This document shows positions 26,511 to 39,895 of a stretch of DNA of 64,000 nucleotides, one piece after another. The DNA is from Bugula neritina (lineage: Eukaryota > Animalia > Bryozoa), in assembly GCA_964035545.1 (NCBI GenBank), contig OZ037770.1:9058973-9122972 (forward strand), read 5' to 3'. Position 1 is the first letter of the stretch, and each line of letters opens with the position of its first letter. Made by a program: the position numbers and the translations under genes. The notes beneath the pieces are model-generated. The model was not told the origin of the DNA and did no database searches. It saw only the letters and a list, made by a program, of their open reading frames with translations.

Positions 26511-28364
26511 CATCGGACTCGCATTAGCTTTACCATTTTTATTTTACTGAAGCTCATTTCTACCAGTTCTGTTTTATAGTGTGGCTGAGTCAATTTAAAT
26601 TTGCATGGCAATTTTAACAATATCAAATAATTTATTGAATAGTTACACAACGCGGTAAACTTCCACTTACTTCTTGAGTTCTTACTATCTTAGGAACTGG
26701 AAGTGATCTTCAAGTTCATATTCATATTCATATTGATATATTAACATTATGATATTCATATTCATATTGATATTGAAATTGATCTACATCTTCATCTTAA
26801 TTTTTTGCATTGATTATTTATCATTATTATAGTCATTGTGACTTTAAGTATCAAGTATTAGTATCATTAGTATAAATTATGCTACTAATAGTAAATGTAA
26901 TACTTCTAATATTTAATGTTATACTAACTACTAAGACTTTAGTTTAGTAAGAGTAAGTTAAAGACTAAGTCTAATGCCAATGTTAATGGCCAATCACTCC
27001 AATGGGTCATTTTATTTTTACTTTCTTTAATTTTAGTACAGACCAGCAAATTAGAATCAAAAGTTAAAGTTGGGTAATACTAATAACCATAAAATAAAAA
27101 AATGTAACAGGTTGAGGTTGTGCTATTTTAATGATTATTACAAATATGTATAGGAAAAAGACTGAGAGGGAAACCCACAACAATAAACTGCATTTAATTG
27201 CCCTACAGCTACTGGGAATTAAAAAATTGGTTGTGGACAATTGTGTGGACAGTGTCCATAAGGATAAAATTAAAAAACATCATTATGACATGATCAGTGT
27301 GAGTGATCATAATTATTGTGATTATCCTGGGTTCAAGTAATTTTGTACACAAGTCGTTTCGTACACATCTGATAGGTCGATTCATACACATTAATATAAA
27401 TCAGCTAAAATACATATTTTTTATATTGATTTATAATTTAATACAGGAGTCATACAGTACCGCTCACAAATAATTCGCACATTTCATTTCACCGCATGCT
27501 CAGCTATTATTGTGATATGTGGATGTTAGGACGTGAACTGCATTTTTAGTTTAAGTATTGTTATCAGTAGATGGCAGCACATAGGATAATATAGAATATT
27601 GATCAATAGGTGACATGAGAGGTGTGAAAGATACATGCTGAGATGCACTAAATAAGTAAACTAGTATCATTTAAGTGGTTATCCAGTGAATTCATTTATT
27701 ATTTACTTTTTGTACAAAATATACAGCAATTTGTTTACGGATCTACCATTTTGTATACAAAACAAACAGTGTACAAAATGGGAGTAACCCATTATCATAA
27801 CTATAATTATTATCATTATTCATTACCAATATGATTATCAAATTTTCAGATTGTATGAAAGCTTATAAAATAAACTGTAAGTAAAAGTGAGTGACTTGTG
27901 AACCTACTCTCAAAAAATTAGGTTAGTAAGTAAAACAAAATCAATTATTGGCAAGAAACATTGTATTTTTTAACAATTTTTTTTCACCTATCTTCGCTTT
28001 GTCCTGTTCAACAAATTATTGCTTCAATTTATCCTAAATCATCTGATTTTTCTTTTTACATCTGCTTGGAAGTGCATCAAAATCAAATATAAATTTTGGA
28101 TTTTTCTCCAAACTGCAATCTAAAACTTACCATAACTCATTTATTTCAGTTTTGCTTATGGAACCATTCATTCAAATTAAGCCCTTGAGTCTAACTAGAT
28201 TTTAGGCATTCTATAAGAATTGGTTAACTTAACCTCACGTCTCATCATTCAGTGATCATCATATCAAGTTTGCAGATTTTTACCAAATTTGCATTCAAAG
28301 CTAAAATAGTATTTATTTCATTTTAGTAATCTAGATTTACAGAGTACTAGTAGAGATACTGGAA

Positions 28365-31300
28365 ATGATAGAGGTAAAGTTTAATCCACAAATAGCTCGT
28401 TTGCGAGAAATTTTAAAGAGAGAAAAGAAACCTGTTTTTGGTAGGAGTGCCTGTAGTGAATTAGTGAAGAAGTTAAACTCTATACATGTGTCAGATGGTG
28501 AACTGTTTGCCTGTTTGGTAAGTAATGAATGAATATATTTCTACGCTTTTTATGTCATTAGATTATCTATAAGTATCAAAAAGCTGAATTTTATGATGAA
28601 AATGGAAAATTTTGCTATAAATCTATTATATAGGCCTAGGTGGGACCTTTATTGGTGGTTTTTTACTTTCCAGCATGTCATAATGTACTTTAATATCACA
28701 CAAAACTCTGCATATATATTTGATCAAGCTTAATGTACAGCTTTTCTGAATGCAAAGTGCCTCCAAATATCTTGTATCTATCAAGTGGTTTGTCGTGCAT
28801 ATCAACATTTTAATGAATTTTCAAGCTCATATTTATTAAATCTATGCTATTTTCCAAAGTGGAAACTGATTCTTCTTAAATAAATAATAAATCATAAATT
28901 CTGAACAAAGACCTGAATTATTAAAGTAACACACAAACATGCTAGTTTCTTTCATTTAATTTTTTGTCTAATTAAATTAAATAATTTTTCTTAGGATTCC
29001 AAGGAATAGTGATTTAGCACAACCTAACCGAAACAAAACGTTGTGTTGTCTTTATCAAGCATTTTTATCACTTATACTTTTTTGTGTCAAAATATGAGCA
29101 AACTTACTCTAGTCTTGAACGATCACATAGCTGTTTATGTCAAACTTTTATTTGCACATTGGAAAGTTTATCTAATATATATCACTAATGTATTCTTTTT
29201 CTTGACTTTTAAATTGTTTCATGTTACACTTTTTATTCTTATTGAGCTTGATAGTTATGTGCGTATGGCATTCTATACTCACGGAGTTACACTTTATTTC
29301 ATGCGCTATTTTCTTTTGATTTTGCTCAGGTATTTTACACCAAACAAGAGATATGGCGCTCTGAACACTCTCTCTTCAGAGCTCTCAACTCTTTGTCAAC
29401 AACTTTATCACCTCCTCTATTTGTGCAGCTGGTGGAAGAATTGAAGCTTCAATCCTACTATTTAAAGGTAGCTTCTAACGTCTTTATTCACCCAAACTTA
29501 CTTATAGATCGGCTTTATAGTATAGCATGATACATGATCATCATTTCTTTCTCTAGATTCCCACTTTTCCCCTATCAGTCTGCCAACATTTGATCTCTCT
29601 TCTCCACACTCACTATTATGATGTTGATCGGAGCTCTAATATTCTCGACGCTATTGCCGTTGAAATAATTTCACGGTATGAAAAGAATAGCCATCTTGGT
29701 AAGTCCTTTCGTTTATTTATGTTGCTTTGAAGAAGATATATGAAGTCTGCATCAAAAGTCATTTCCTGTTACAAATCTCATATGATTATGCAGTAAAGAC
29801 TTGTACTATTATTCGTATACGTAGTTAAAGTGCTGCATATGATACTGACGACCGGAAGATTACCCTTGGAGACGCTTGCTGACTCTCTCGTCTACCTTGC
29901 TGACCATACTGTAGAATCTGAGGCTAATTTAGATGCTGCAAGCTTTGCTATTAACCAGTATGTGAGATCAGTTCTACAGCACAGCAAAGCACGCCACACT
30001 GTCGTGTTGGCTAATAGTGAGTACATTGATGTTATCTTAAAGACAAATACACAATCCTTAGACAACACTTGAATTTAAAATAAGAACCACTGTGTTAGAG
30101 TTCAATTTAAGAATTAACTGTAATGAGCAGCTGTTACTGGCAGCAGCCAAAAAGTGTTTTCTGAGCTTGATTTGCAGTTTCAGTTGAACTTGTTTATTTT
30201 TTTCTATTTTACAACTTTGACCTTTAAATAGCACTGCCTTAAAGGTGTGTGTCTTCGTAAAAATTAACATTCAAACAATATTTGTTCGAATGATTTTATG
30301 AGGACATGTATTTATGTTGAAGTGGAATGTATACTCAAGTAGCTTGTGGTCCATTGTATAAGCCTATGAGGCAAGGTTGTGGGTGCTGAGCGAGTACGAA
30401 TATGACTCATACACTAGTGCTTTCCTTTCAGGTGTTCTTTCGATGGAATATGAAGCCAGCGATGTGAGCACACGTGACCTAGTTACTACAATGATGTCTT
30501 CCCAAAGCCCCTGCAATCTTATCCACTGCATAGCTGAGTGTACAGAAGAGCTCAAGAAACTGCTGAGCACTAAGCAGGATGTTTCTGCCTTGTGGTAAGT
30601 GAGGTGTTACTTCTTATGAGTATCTCCCTGTACTCTCACTGACATATCTAGCAAGTCTATTACACCACGTATACTGTATAGTGTACAACTATAGTGAAAA
30701 CATTTTATTAGTTTTAACCAACTATAATGCTTCTAGCTTACCTTGTGTCGTATGATGTCATTTAGTATGGCACTATAATCAGCCAATATGCGTGTGGTAT
30801 TACTACAATGTTATGTAGTGTCGTTCAGAACTAACCAAAATGTGTGCATCACTATCGCAAGCTCATCAGTTGTTGTTTGACTGTACAATGCACTGCATCC
30901 ACTTGTTTGTATTTGAACATTATTATTATATTTTATAAATAATACATTTATTCTATCATTGGAACTACTTTGTGATATTATATACACAGCAATGTAACAC
31001 CTTGTTATCTCTAAATTATATTGTGTAGTAGAAGTAAAATTGCAGCAACTAGTGCTATTTATTGTATGTTTTATAAACCGAATTTACTATTCAAGGAAAC
31101 AAAAACAATTTATTAAAAAACTATTGTTTTCATTTAGCCGGTGTTTACACAAATCGAAAGGAAGGGTGGCAGTCTTCCAAGAGCATGTGACTTCCACTTT
31201 GTCTCCCACAGCTGAAGGTACTGAGGCTACCAGCAAACTACAGGATGTGATTCAGCAAGGTGAGGCAAGTCACAGCTGACTGGAATCTTACATCTCTCTG

Positions 31301-32147
31301 TCACACTGTCACATAGCCCTTGTGTACTGTATGTATTGCTGGTATGTTACTCTGTCTGTTGAATTTACTTCTTATCATGTTCACCTTGAGGTGTCTGTAT
31401 CATATGCTAACCTGTGTTATACTTTGCATATAGCTGAGTGCTATGTGCTACAGAGCGAAACATTCATGCCGTATGTAGTAAACTCCATTGGTACCCCCAA
31501 CTCTTCACTTATGCTCTCTCTAGTATCACAGTCTATCTTGAGCTATCTTCAGCACACCGGGTAAGCACATGGACTTCGCATATCTCTGTTTCCTTCTAAA
31601 CTAGAGTTATCTTTCCTTTATCAACTCAAATAATACATGTTATCATATATTAAAGAAATTCTTGAAGCTTTTTTGTGTGTCGAGGTTACTGTTAGAAATA
31701 ATTATAGAGTTTTTTGTAGAATAAGAAAGTTGCTGCTATCAAGTAATCTTTCTGATGTGAAATGGACTAAAGAGCAGACTAACACATTGTTACTCACATT
31801 GAAGTCGTTATACAAGGAGAGTAGCTTGCAGGAAGTGATGTCAGATGAAACACACGGGATGTTAAAGCAGGATTTGTCAAAGGTGTGTACTACTACTACT
31901 ACTACCACAACTACTACTACCACTACTACTACCACTACTACTACTACTGCTACTACTACTACTACTGCTGCTGCTACTGCTACTACCACTACTACTACTG
32001 CTACTACTACTACTACTACTACCACTACTACTACTACTACCACTACTACTAACACTACTACTACTACTACCACTACTACTAACACTACTACTACTACTAC
32101 CACTGCTACTACTACTACTACTACTACTACTACTGCTACTACTACTA

Positions 32148-32220
<73 letters not shown>

Positions 32221-35200
32221 CACTACTACTACTACTACCACTACTACCACTACTATTACTGCTAGTACTAGTACTACTACCACCACTATTACAACTAATA
32301 ATCTGTTATAATATTCCTACTGTGTTTGTTTTTCAGATTCTCCTAAAAGCACTGCCCCAATTAAACAAAGACTCTTATCTACTGAAGTTCTCCAATCTCA
32401 ATGAGTTCTCCAGTTGTTTTGATTCAGAAGTCTGTAGACAATTGATGAATTTATCTTTGAATACTATAAGGCCGCAGTATGAGCAAGTGGAGGTAACTTC
32501 TCTTAATATTCATTACATCTTCATGTTGATATTGTGTAAATCTTTGCTCAATCTGTGGCATTATTTTAGAGTTCCTCGGCACAAACACTGACTGCTCTGC
32601 TTGCTGTCAATCCCAAAGATGTCATCAGAACCTTCACTCATCAGCTGCTCAAGTCTAAATCTGCCCTGGCCTCTGTACTTGCTAAGGTAATTCTACAGTC
32701 TCTGTACTTGCTAAGGTAATTCTACTGTCTCTGTGCTTGCTAAGGTAATTCTACAGTCTCTGTACTTGCCAAGGTAATTCTACAGTATCTGTGCTTGCTA
32801 AGGTAATTATACAGCATCTGTGCTTGCTAAGGTAATTATACAGCATCTGTGCTTGCTAAGGTGATTCTACGGAGAGGGTAACTCTCGCACATCATTCTGT
32901 TTATTCTTGCTCTCTGCTATGAAATGATGAAATATCTTTTCTTTTACAACATGCTTAATTATCCTTTTGAGTTATACTGCGTTTACAAGAGGAAGATTTT
33001 CTGTTGTCAAAGCCCTCTTTACTGGTCGTGTGACAAAGCAATTTTATTTTTGTGAATTACTTTATTGCAGAAATGTTTTCTTAAAGTTTTGTGACTTAAA
33101 CCTGGTATTAATTCATGCAAGTATAATGCCTGTAATTGTGACCATGTTGCTGAAAAGTTATTCCTCTGTGTACAAAATTGCCGTTTAATAGTTTGCAGCT
33201 CACCAAATTCATGCAACATTAAATTACGCTGTGGTGTGAATTTCAGTCCCAGAATTATCACCAACAGGAAGTGTAATTATCTTCTCTGTTTAGCTAAGAT
33301 GGCTGATCGTCACTAGTGAAATGTCATTCAGACTATTCCTGCTTTAGGTGTACATGGTGGTGATGGAGACATCTATGCTGCCCACAGAAGTATATATACC
33401 TATTCTAATGGAACTAGGTCTTTCTGAACAGCAGACGGATGACCTAGTTTTTAAGTGTCTCATTGGCTGCTTGCAGGTAATTGTCTTTGGGTAGTTCTAT
33501 AGTCATTGCATCATGCTGACGCTATTACTAATATCTAGTATGAAATACTGTTACTAATACCTAGTATGAAATACTGTTACTAATATCTAGTATGAAATAC
33601 TGTTACTAATACCTAGTATGAAATACTGTTACTAATATCTAGTATGAAATACTGTTACTAATACCTAGTATGAAACACTGTTACTAATATCTAGTATGAA
33701 ATACTGTTACTAATATCTAGTATGAAATACTGTTACTAATACCTAGTATGAAACACTGTTACTAATACCTAGTATGAAATACTGTTACTAATACCTAGTA
33801 TGAAATACTGTTACTAATACCTAGTATGAAATACTGTTACTAATACCTAGTATGAAACACTGTTACTAATACCTAGTATGAAATACTATTACTAATATCT
33901 AGTATGAAATACTGTTACTAATACCTAGTATGAAACACTGTTACTAATACCTAGTATGAAATACTGTTACTAATACCTAGTATGAAATACTGTTACTAAT
34001 ACCTAGTATGAAATACTGTTACTAATACCTAGTATGAAATACTGTTACTAATACCTAGTATGAAACACTGTTACTAATACCTAGTATGAAATACTATTAC
34101 TAATATCTAGTATGAAATACTGTTACTGATATCTAGTGTGAAATACTGTTACTAATATCTAGTATGAAATACTATATATTACTATGTAGACAGACTGCCC
34201 AGTGAGTCACCACATCATTAACCTCTCATACAGCAGAATGTCTCTAGACAACAGAAATCTGAATGAGATGTTGAAAAACGTGGAGTGTGCTCTATCATAT
34301 GGCAGTGCTGTGAGTGTGTGCAGGTGAGTGGTAGACTATACAGTATACCAGTTTAGTACAGCACTATGTTACTCTAATGAATACACTATACAGTATACTA
34401 GTTCAGAAGGGCACGCTGTTACTCTACATAAAATGTACTGTATACCAGTTTTCTAGGGTACTTTTTACTCTACTGACTATTCTATACAGTATGCCAGTTT
34501 AGTATAGTACTAGTTTACTAAAGTATTTTAAGTTGGTGAAAATGGTATATGTACTTTAATAATGTGCTTTGTCACAGCCTATTCTGGCCATTACCTAGTT
34601 TTATTTCACCTGTCACAACCTGTCTCTAATGGTCACTGATTGCCACCTGTCTTGACATGCCTAAGCTCTGGTTTGATTGTTTCACACACTGGTCTCTTGT
34701 GTGACACAATGTACTGTGATAAACATGTTTTGGTGTTGCATGTTTTATTCTACTGCCATTCTGTGGTGTAGACAGTGTAAGCCTGTAACACTTTTTACTG
34801 TGATTTCTTTTGCAGGTTGCATATGGATGTTATGAATGCAATAGCCTTATTTCTGATCAGTGTAATAGACTCGGGGTCCGCTGAATCCACCCAAACACTT
34901 ACAGTCAGTCTGTCTTCTAAAATTATCTCTTCATCACACCTTCAACACGCTTTGCAAGGTAAGATTACATACTTGCTTTAATTGGGTAGTGTAAAAATTT
35001 TGCCGCCACTGGGATTCGAACCAGAGACTTCCGACTTGCAAGCCGGCAAGCTAACCAATTACATCACGTGGACCACTAGGTAATCTTCACACTACAAGGA
35101 GTCATATAAGTTACTGCTATCTAAAACCACTAGCTAGTGTCTGCTCTAAAGCTAAACTTTCTTTATAATCATAACCCGGATTCATTGGGATGTGATTTGT

Positions 35201-35525
35201 CTCGGATGACCACTCCCACCTTTTCCTCTCTCACTGTAAGCTCCTCCTCTCTCATAGCATGACTAAAGAAACCAATACGTTTTTAACGCAAAGTAATAAC
35301 ATTTCTTCTGCGTTCAGTAACTGCCAATGATCTCTGATATCAAATTCTATGTTTTTACTTCAAGTGCATGTGCTGCATTGATTCTCTCATCTACGTCACT
35401 GATACAACGCATGTACTGTTGTAGAGTTACAGGAGACCACGCTGTTCCGGAAGTTTATTGAATCCCTCCATACCGAAACCATTGCTTATCTCAAACAAGA
35501 ACACTGCCTAAGTTCTCTCAATTAA
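28365..35525 (+). CDS. Uncharacterised Leu/Ser-rich alpha-helical protein, ~682 aa, 14 exons (possible divergent Gemin4-like)
   Basis: Exons 28365-28517, 29330-29467, 29557-29698, 29825-30016, 30363-30594, 31138-31259, 31434-31560, 31720-31882, 32337-32492, 32570-32686, 33348-33476, 34190-34323, 34816-34958, 35425-35525. All GT-AG, phase-consistent and stop-free (2049 nt). Start codon and identity uncertain. Confidence 0.8.
31889..32295. repeat. (ACT)n microsatellite with ACC/GCT variants, intronic
   Basis: ~135 trinucleotide units; source of the poly-T and poly-V ORFs. Confidence 0.97.
32670..32870. repeat. 29-bp minisatellite (~7 copies) built from the exon-10 end plus splice donor
   Basis: Unit TCTCTGTACTTGCTAAG|GTAATTCTACAG; the first copy is the real exon/intron junction at 32686/32687. 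Confidence 0.92.
33525..34175. repeat. 26-bp minisatellite (~25 copies), intronic
   Basis: Unit TTACTAATA(C/T)CTAGTATGAAA(T/C)ACTG repeated head-to-tail without spacers. Confidence 0.97.
34995..35080 (-). mobile_element. tRNA-derived SINE-like head
   Basis: Reverse complement: TGATGTAATTGGTTAGC..CCGGCTTGCAAGTCGG..GGTTCGAATCCCAGTGGCGGCAAAATTTT; acceptor stem does not pair. Confidence 0.6.
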
Positions 35526-36153
35526 TCTGGTGTAATTTTTAGAAACTTGGTCTATTTGTTTCTGTGTTATCCAAAATATTATATTGCACATTATGTGTGT
35601 TGAATGTTTCTATAGTTATTCTGTAAATTTGTACATTTATTTTATTTTTGTATCTAGTTACACTTGCTAATGGATATTATAAATGGAGATTTGTGCTTTA
35701 AATCCTTGCATTTCTAATAATAAAATAAGTCTACTGAATTGAGTCAACCCAAAGCTCATAAACTGGTTGAAAAGAGGTTGTACTAGGAGTTATCTCCACT
35801 TATGTAAATAAAACTGAAAACATGTACAGTATCACTCAATGTGTGAGAATATTCCAGGTTCCAGCTTTTTATAAAGGATTTGTCACCAATTAGGAGTTTT
35901 CTACTCTTTAGATTTTTATTTGAGTTAGTCCCTTAGTAAGAGCCTATAAAACACACTTTTCCACAAGTTTACTACATTCTCACGTCTACAACAGTGTATC
36001 AGGAAATATGAGCATGGTCAACATAATAAGATTTATCTACTCATCTTAGTTAGATGCCTGGTTTGTAACAGTGTGCCGGGAGATCTATCTGCTAGTGAGT
36101 TTATGCAGGTGTTTTGTTTTCAAATTCTCGCGCTGCTGTCAATTAGTTGAACG

Positions 36154-36286
36154 AATGGTTCTATAAGCAGCTCCGAGTTGGGGTTGACTGAGTGCAGTTG
36201 TTTGGGTTCTAAAGTTGGGCATTTCAACAAACTTCAGAACTACTGCACTCAGTCACCCCCAACTCAGAGCTGCTTATAGAACCATT
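36154..36286. mobile_element. Short palindromic MITE-like element (~45-bp TIRs)
   Basis: AATGGTTCTATAAGCAGCTC.GAGTTGGGG.TGACTGAGTGCAGT ... ACTGCACTCAGTCA.CCCCAACTC.GAGCTGCTTATAGAACCATT. Confidence 0.75.
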
Positions 36287-37554
36287 ATAGTTGAGCTCGG
36301 CCAGCAAATGGTGTACAATGCTATCAGCAATTATATAGTGCTTAATATAACACATTGATCAAGCGTTGGTGATGGAAACCAAGATATGTAATATATTAGC
36401 TATGTAATTCCATTAATTAACAAACTTTATAGAGGGTTGAAATTGTCAACCCTGCATGGTTTGCTTATAATATAATTACTGTATGAAAAATGCTGTAATT
36501 TCATTTAGAAGCTTCAAGGCCCATAAAATACAAAAACTATAAATTAAGTTAAATATTATTATACTACAAATATTATGTTGAGGAAGCATTGCTCTAATAA
36601 ATCTTTTAGTTGAAAATTGTTGTGTGTTATTCTCTGAAGTTAATTTAAAGTCGCATGGCTAAATGTATGTAAATTATTTTAATTCTGTGATCAGCAAGGA
36701 ATTGCATTCCCTTGCATGAACTACCATTATTATTGATATATAACATACCATATACTATGGGCTATTGTACTTGTAGGCTATATTGAAAACAAAATCTTGC
36801 AGTATGGAAGGCTTGCTTTTTAAAAATTTAATACATAATGGTACTTCAATTTTTTTTTATATAATACAATCTTATTAAAAGACAAGAATTTGCTGAAGAA
36901 GATTTAATTCATAAAATTCTTGTGAATTTTATCTATTGTATCATAATCTATATAGGCTATAATACTTGAAACATTTCATGTAGCATAACTGTAAAGTTAA
37001 CTTTAATATTTCTAGCTGGTGTTCTCATAGAAAAGAATAATTATGTTGAAGCCACAAACCTTATTGAACTGCACTAAACTAAGTAATTGAAGAACGTCAC
37101 TCTGGTTTTAACATCTTTTCTGACAACTAAATGAGTTGTTTTAGAATTTTATTCAAAACTTATTATGTGAAATATCCACTTTGCAGCTTTGTCAAATATT
37201 AAAACATAAATAATATGTGTGTATAAAAATATAGTAGATACAATATGGTATAATAGGCATGTATGAGTCTTACTAACACTACATTCTTTATAATTATGTG
37301 AATAACTACTAAATTCCTTTTTAGCTCATATATAACTTGGCACGATAGAATTAACTTATTACAAATTTGCAGTACATGCTATTAATATTATGCAAAAGTC
37401 AAACTAAATATTACGGATACCAACCATAATGAAAACCCAAGCCATGTACAACTTATAACACACAATATGTGAAGCAGTCTAGCTTTATCATGAATATACT
37501 CAGTGTATTAGCTCTACAACTACACATCACTGTAGATATGTGACATCAGGTCAA

Positions 37555-39634
37555 TTATGTATCAACCATTTCACTGCTGTTTTCTTGTAGCTGCTGGTGG
37601 GGCTGCTGCATGCTCAAGTCAGCTGACTGCAACTCGTTTGATAAAGCAGTTTCTGTGTCAAAGTTGATTTCAGAATATTCGTTAGAATTTTCATCAACCT
37701 TCTGCAAGCTTATCGAGCATGACATGTCATCTTCTGATTGGCTCTCTGCTAAGTCATTCTCTGCAGCTGAATCTGTTTGATGAGTGGGCGTGTCTAAAGA
37801 AAAGTCAAACCTCCTAGAATAAGGTATCAGATCTTCATTGGCAGTCAGTCTTATTATAACATCATCATCTTGACCTTGATACAACATCTCTCCCGGGAAT
37901 TCCACTAGTCTCCATCTCCTGGCCCGGAGTAGTAGTCCAACAACTTTGTTTGATATCGGGATGTAGTATTTGAACAGTTTGCCAAATGGAACTGTTATTT
38001 CTCCGCAATGTTCGTCAGGTGACCCAATACCTCTTATTATACAGAGAAGAGTTGCCAGCTCTTTGTTGATGTGTCTACACGCCTTCTTAGCCCTCGCTTC
38101 TGTCAGGGAACCTTCAGGGGGTTTCCCATAATTCTCATCTTTCCCTTTGAATTCAATCATGAATGTCTTAGTCGGATCCCAAACATCTTCAGTAACAGTG
38201 GTGTTTATTCCTGAAAAATTAGACAACATGTACATTTATTGTGGCATCATTTTAGAATTACATAATTACGCATAACTGTTTTTCAAATAAATTTGTAAAT
38301 TCAACAATTTTTATGCTCTCAGTTTTGTTCCAGAAAGCCGGAAATAGCCGGAGCTTGTTTATGTATACTAAGATCTTGGTTAATATGCATATTGTATACT
38401 CCTAATATATACATTATATAATGCAGATTGAATCCATTTGCCATAAGTTAGGGTATTAATTAGTTAGCATTAATTGGTAAACACAGCAATTCTACTCAAG
38501 TTTGTTATATTCTTTTAGGTTTCTAGATAATTGGTTAAAACACTAAGTGCACTAATGTGCTTGGTTATATTCAAGTATTATTATTATAACCATAGCAAGA
38601 TACCATGCAGATTTCATCTAAATTGTTCCTAAATAAATATCTTATACCAGCTAAAAAGGCTTCTCACAACTGTGGTCTACTAGAAAATGCCAAAAATCTT
38701 GCTCGTGTTTACACTGCAAATAAAATAGCTACACAGTTTATAAAATAGATTTGAGTCTGTAAAATAATTGCCCCACCAGGGTTCGAACCGCAGACCTCTG
38801 GCTTGCATGGCGCGCTAACCAATTACGCTACTCGGGATTTCAAACAACAGAATCATTTTACTTAATTTAGTACACACGTGAAGTCTCCAGTTTTTAGCTA
38901 TTTTTTACAATTTAGTTGTTAATGAACATGAGTTTTTGCCTAAAACTAGTAAAATATGAATGAACACACCTAAATGATCAAGTTTTTTCTTAATTTTGCC
39001 TAATTTCCCATGTTTTTTTTAATTATTTAACTATTTTTGATTTCGGAGAGTTAGGGTTTTTTCATAACACCCTGCTATCAAAAGTTGCTGAATAATTAGG
39101 AAAAAGCACAGGATATCAAGCAAATTTAAGAAGAACCTTGATTATTTAGGTGTGTTCATTCATATTTTATTAGTTTTGGGCAAAAGCCCTTGTTCATTAG
39201 CAGCTAATTTGTGAAAAATAGCTAAAAACTGGAGATTTCCAGTGTGTACTAAAATAAGCAAAATGATCCAGTTCCATTTATTTTAAAGCTATAACTAAAA
39301 CACCTAAAAACTAAAAAAATATGATATCTAATTATTTATAACTTATGAAAGTTACACACTTGACATATAATTATACTGCAGACCTCAATGGGAGATGTGT
39401 AAGGACCACCTGTTTGCAGGTACCCATGTTTATAATAGCATACTTGAGTAGAGTTTATATTCTCAAAAATTATTTTTAAAATATCCAAGTTCGAATGAAA
39501 ATAGAGTTAAATTCATTTATAAAAAATTTGAATGTGTAATTAAAATTCGAAATAAACAAGATTGAAATTTAGTCAAAAACCTCACCCATATTGGTATGTA
39601 AATTATGTGGTTGTTTGCTAATATCATGCCCCAT
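37555..39634 (-). CDS. ABRA: Actin-binding Rho-activating protein (ABRA/STARS)-like Costars-domain protein, ~234 aa, 2 exons
   Basis: Exons 39634-39586 and 38210-37555 (phase 1). Motifs YGKPPEGSLTEARAKKA..HI..E, FGKLF..Y..ISNKVVGLLLRARR..LVEFPGEMLYQGQDDDVII.L. Confidence 0.85.
38766..38840 (-). mobile_element. tRNA-derived SINE-like head
   Basis: Reverse complement: TAGCGTAATTGGTTAGCGCG..TGCAAG..GGTTCGAACCCTGGTGGGGCAA. Confidence 0.6.
38851..39268. mobile_element. Foldback/MITE with ~160-bp imperfect TIRs, in the ABRA intron
   Basis: TTAGTACACAC..GAA.TCTCCAGTTTTTAGCTATTTT...AAAATATGAATGAACACACCTAAAT mirrored at ~39110-39268. Confidence 0.8.
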
Positions 39635-39895
39635 GATAGCACACCTCAGCTTCCAGTGTAGCAAGAGTGTTATACAGCAGACTGACCTAATGACTGCAGG
39701 TACAGACGCCTACCTTCCTTTATACCAGCTTAAACTTAGACTGCACGTGCATGCAGCTGTTTTCATACGTCAGCCACACAGGAAGCATGTGTCTGATTCA
39801 CAATTCAGCAGCCGGTTTCTAGGAATGTGAGAGTTTCCATGTATACCACCCACGCAAATAAGAAACACTTTCAAATGCTAAGGCATATATAGGCC

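Noticed and set aside
27454-27580. Tc1-like end (TACAGTACCGCTCAC) and CTCF-like CAGTAGATGGCAGCA
   Set aside because: No matching opposite TIR found; a single short motif is insufficient evidence.
31637-32311. Poly-Thr 'mucin-like' ORF and antisense poly-Val ORF
   Set aside because: Read-through of the 31882 donor into an intronic (ACT)n microsatellite; the spliced frame continues at 32337.
33525-34175. CRISPR-like regular repeat array
   Set aside because: Head-to-tail 26-mers with no unique spacers, in a eukaryotic intron, with no cas genes.
34995-35080. Functional tRNA gene (also 11020-11100 and 38766-38840)
   Set aside because: Acceptor and anticodon arms do not form a canonical cloverleaf; treated as SINE-like.
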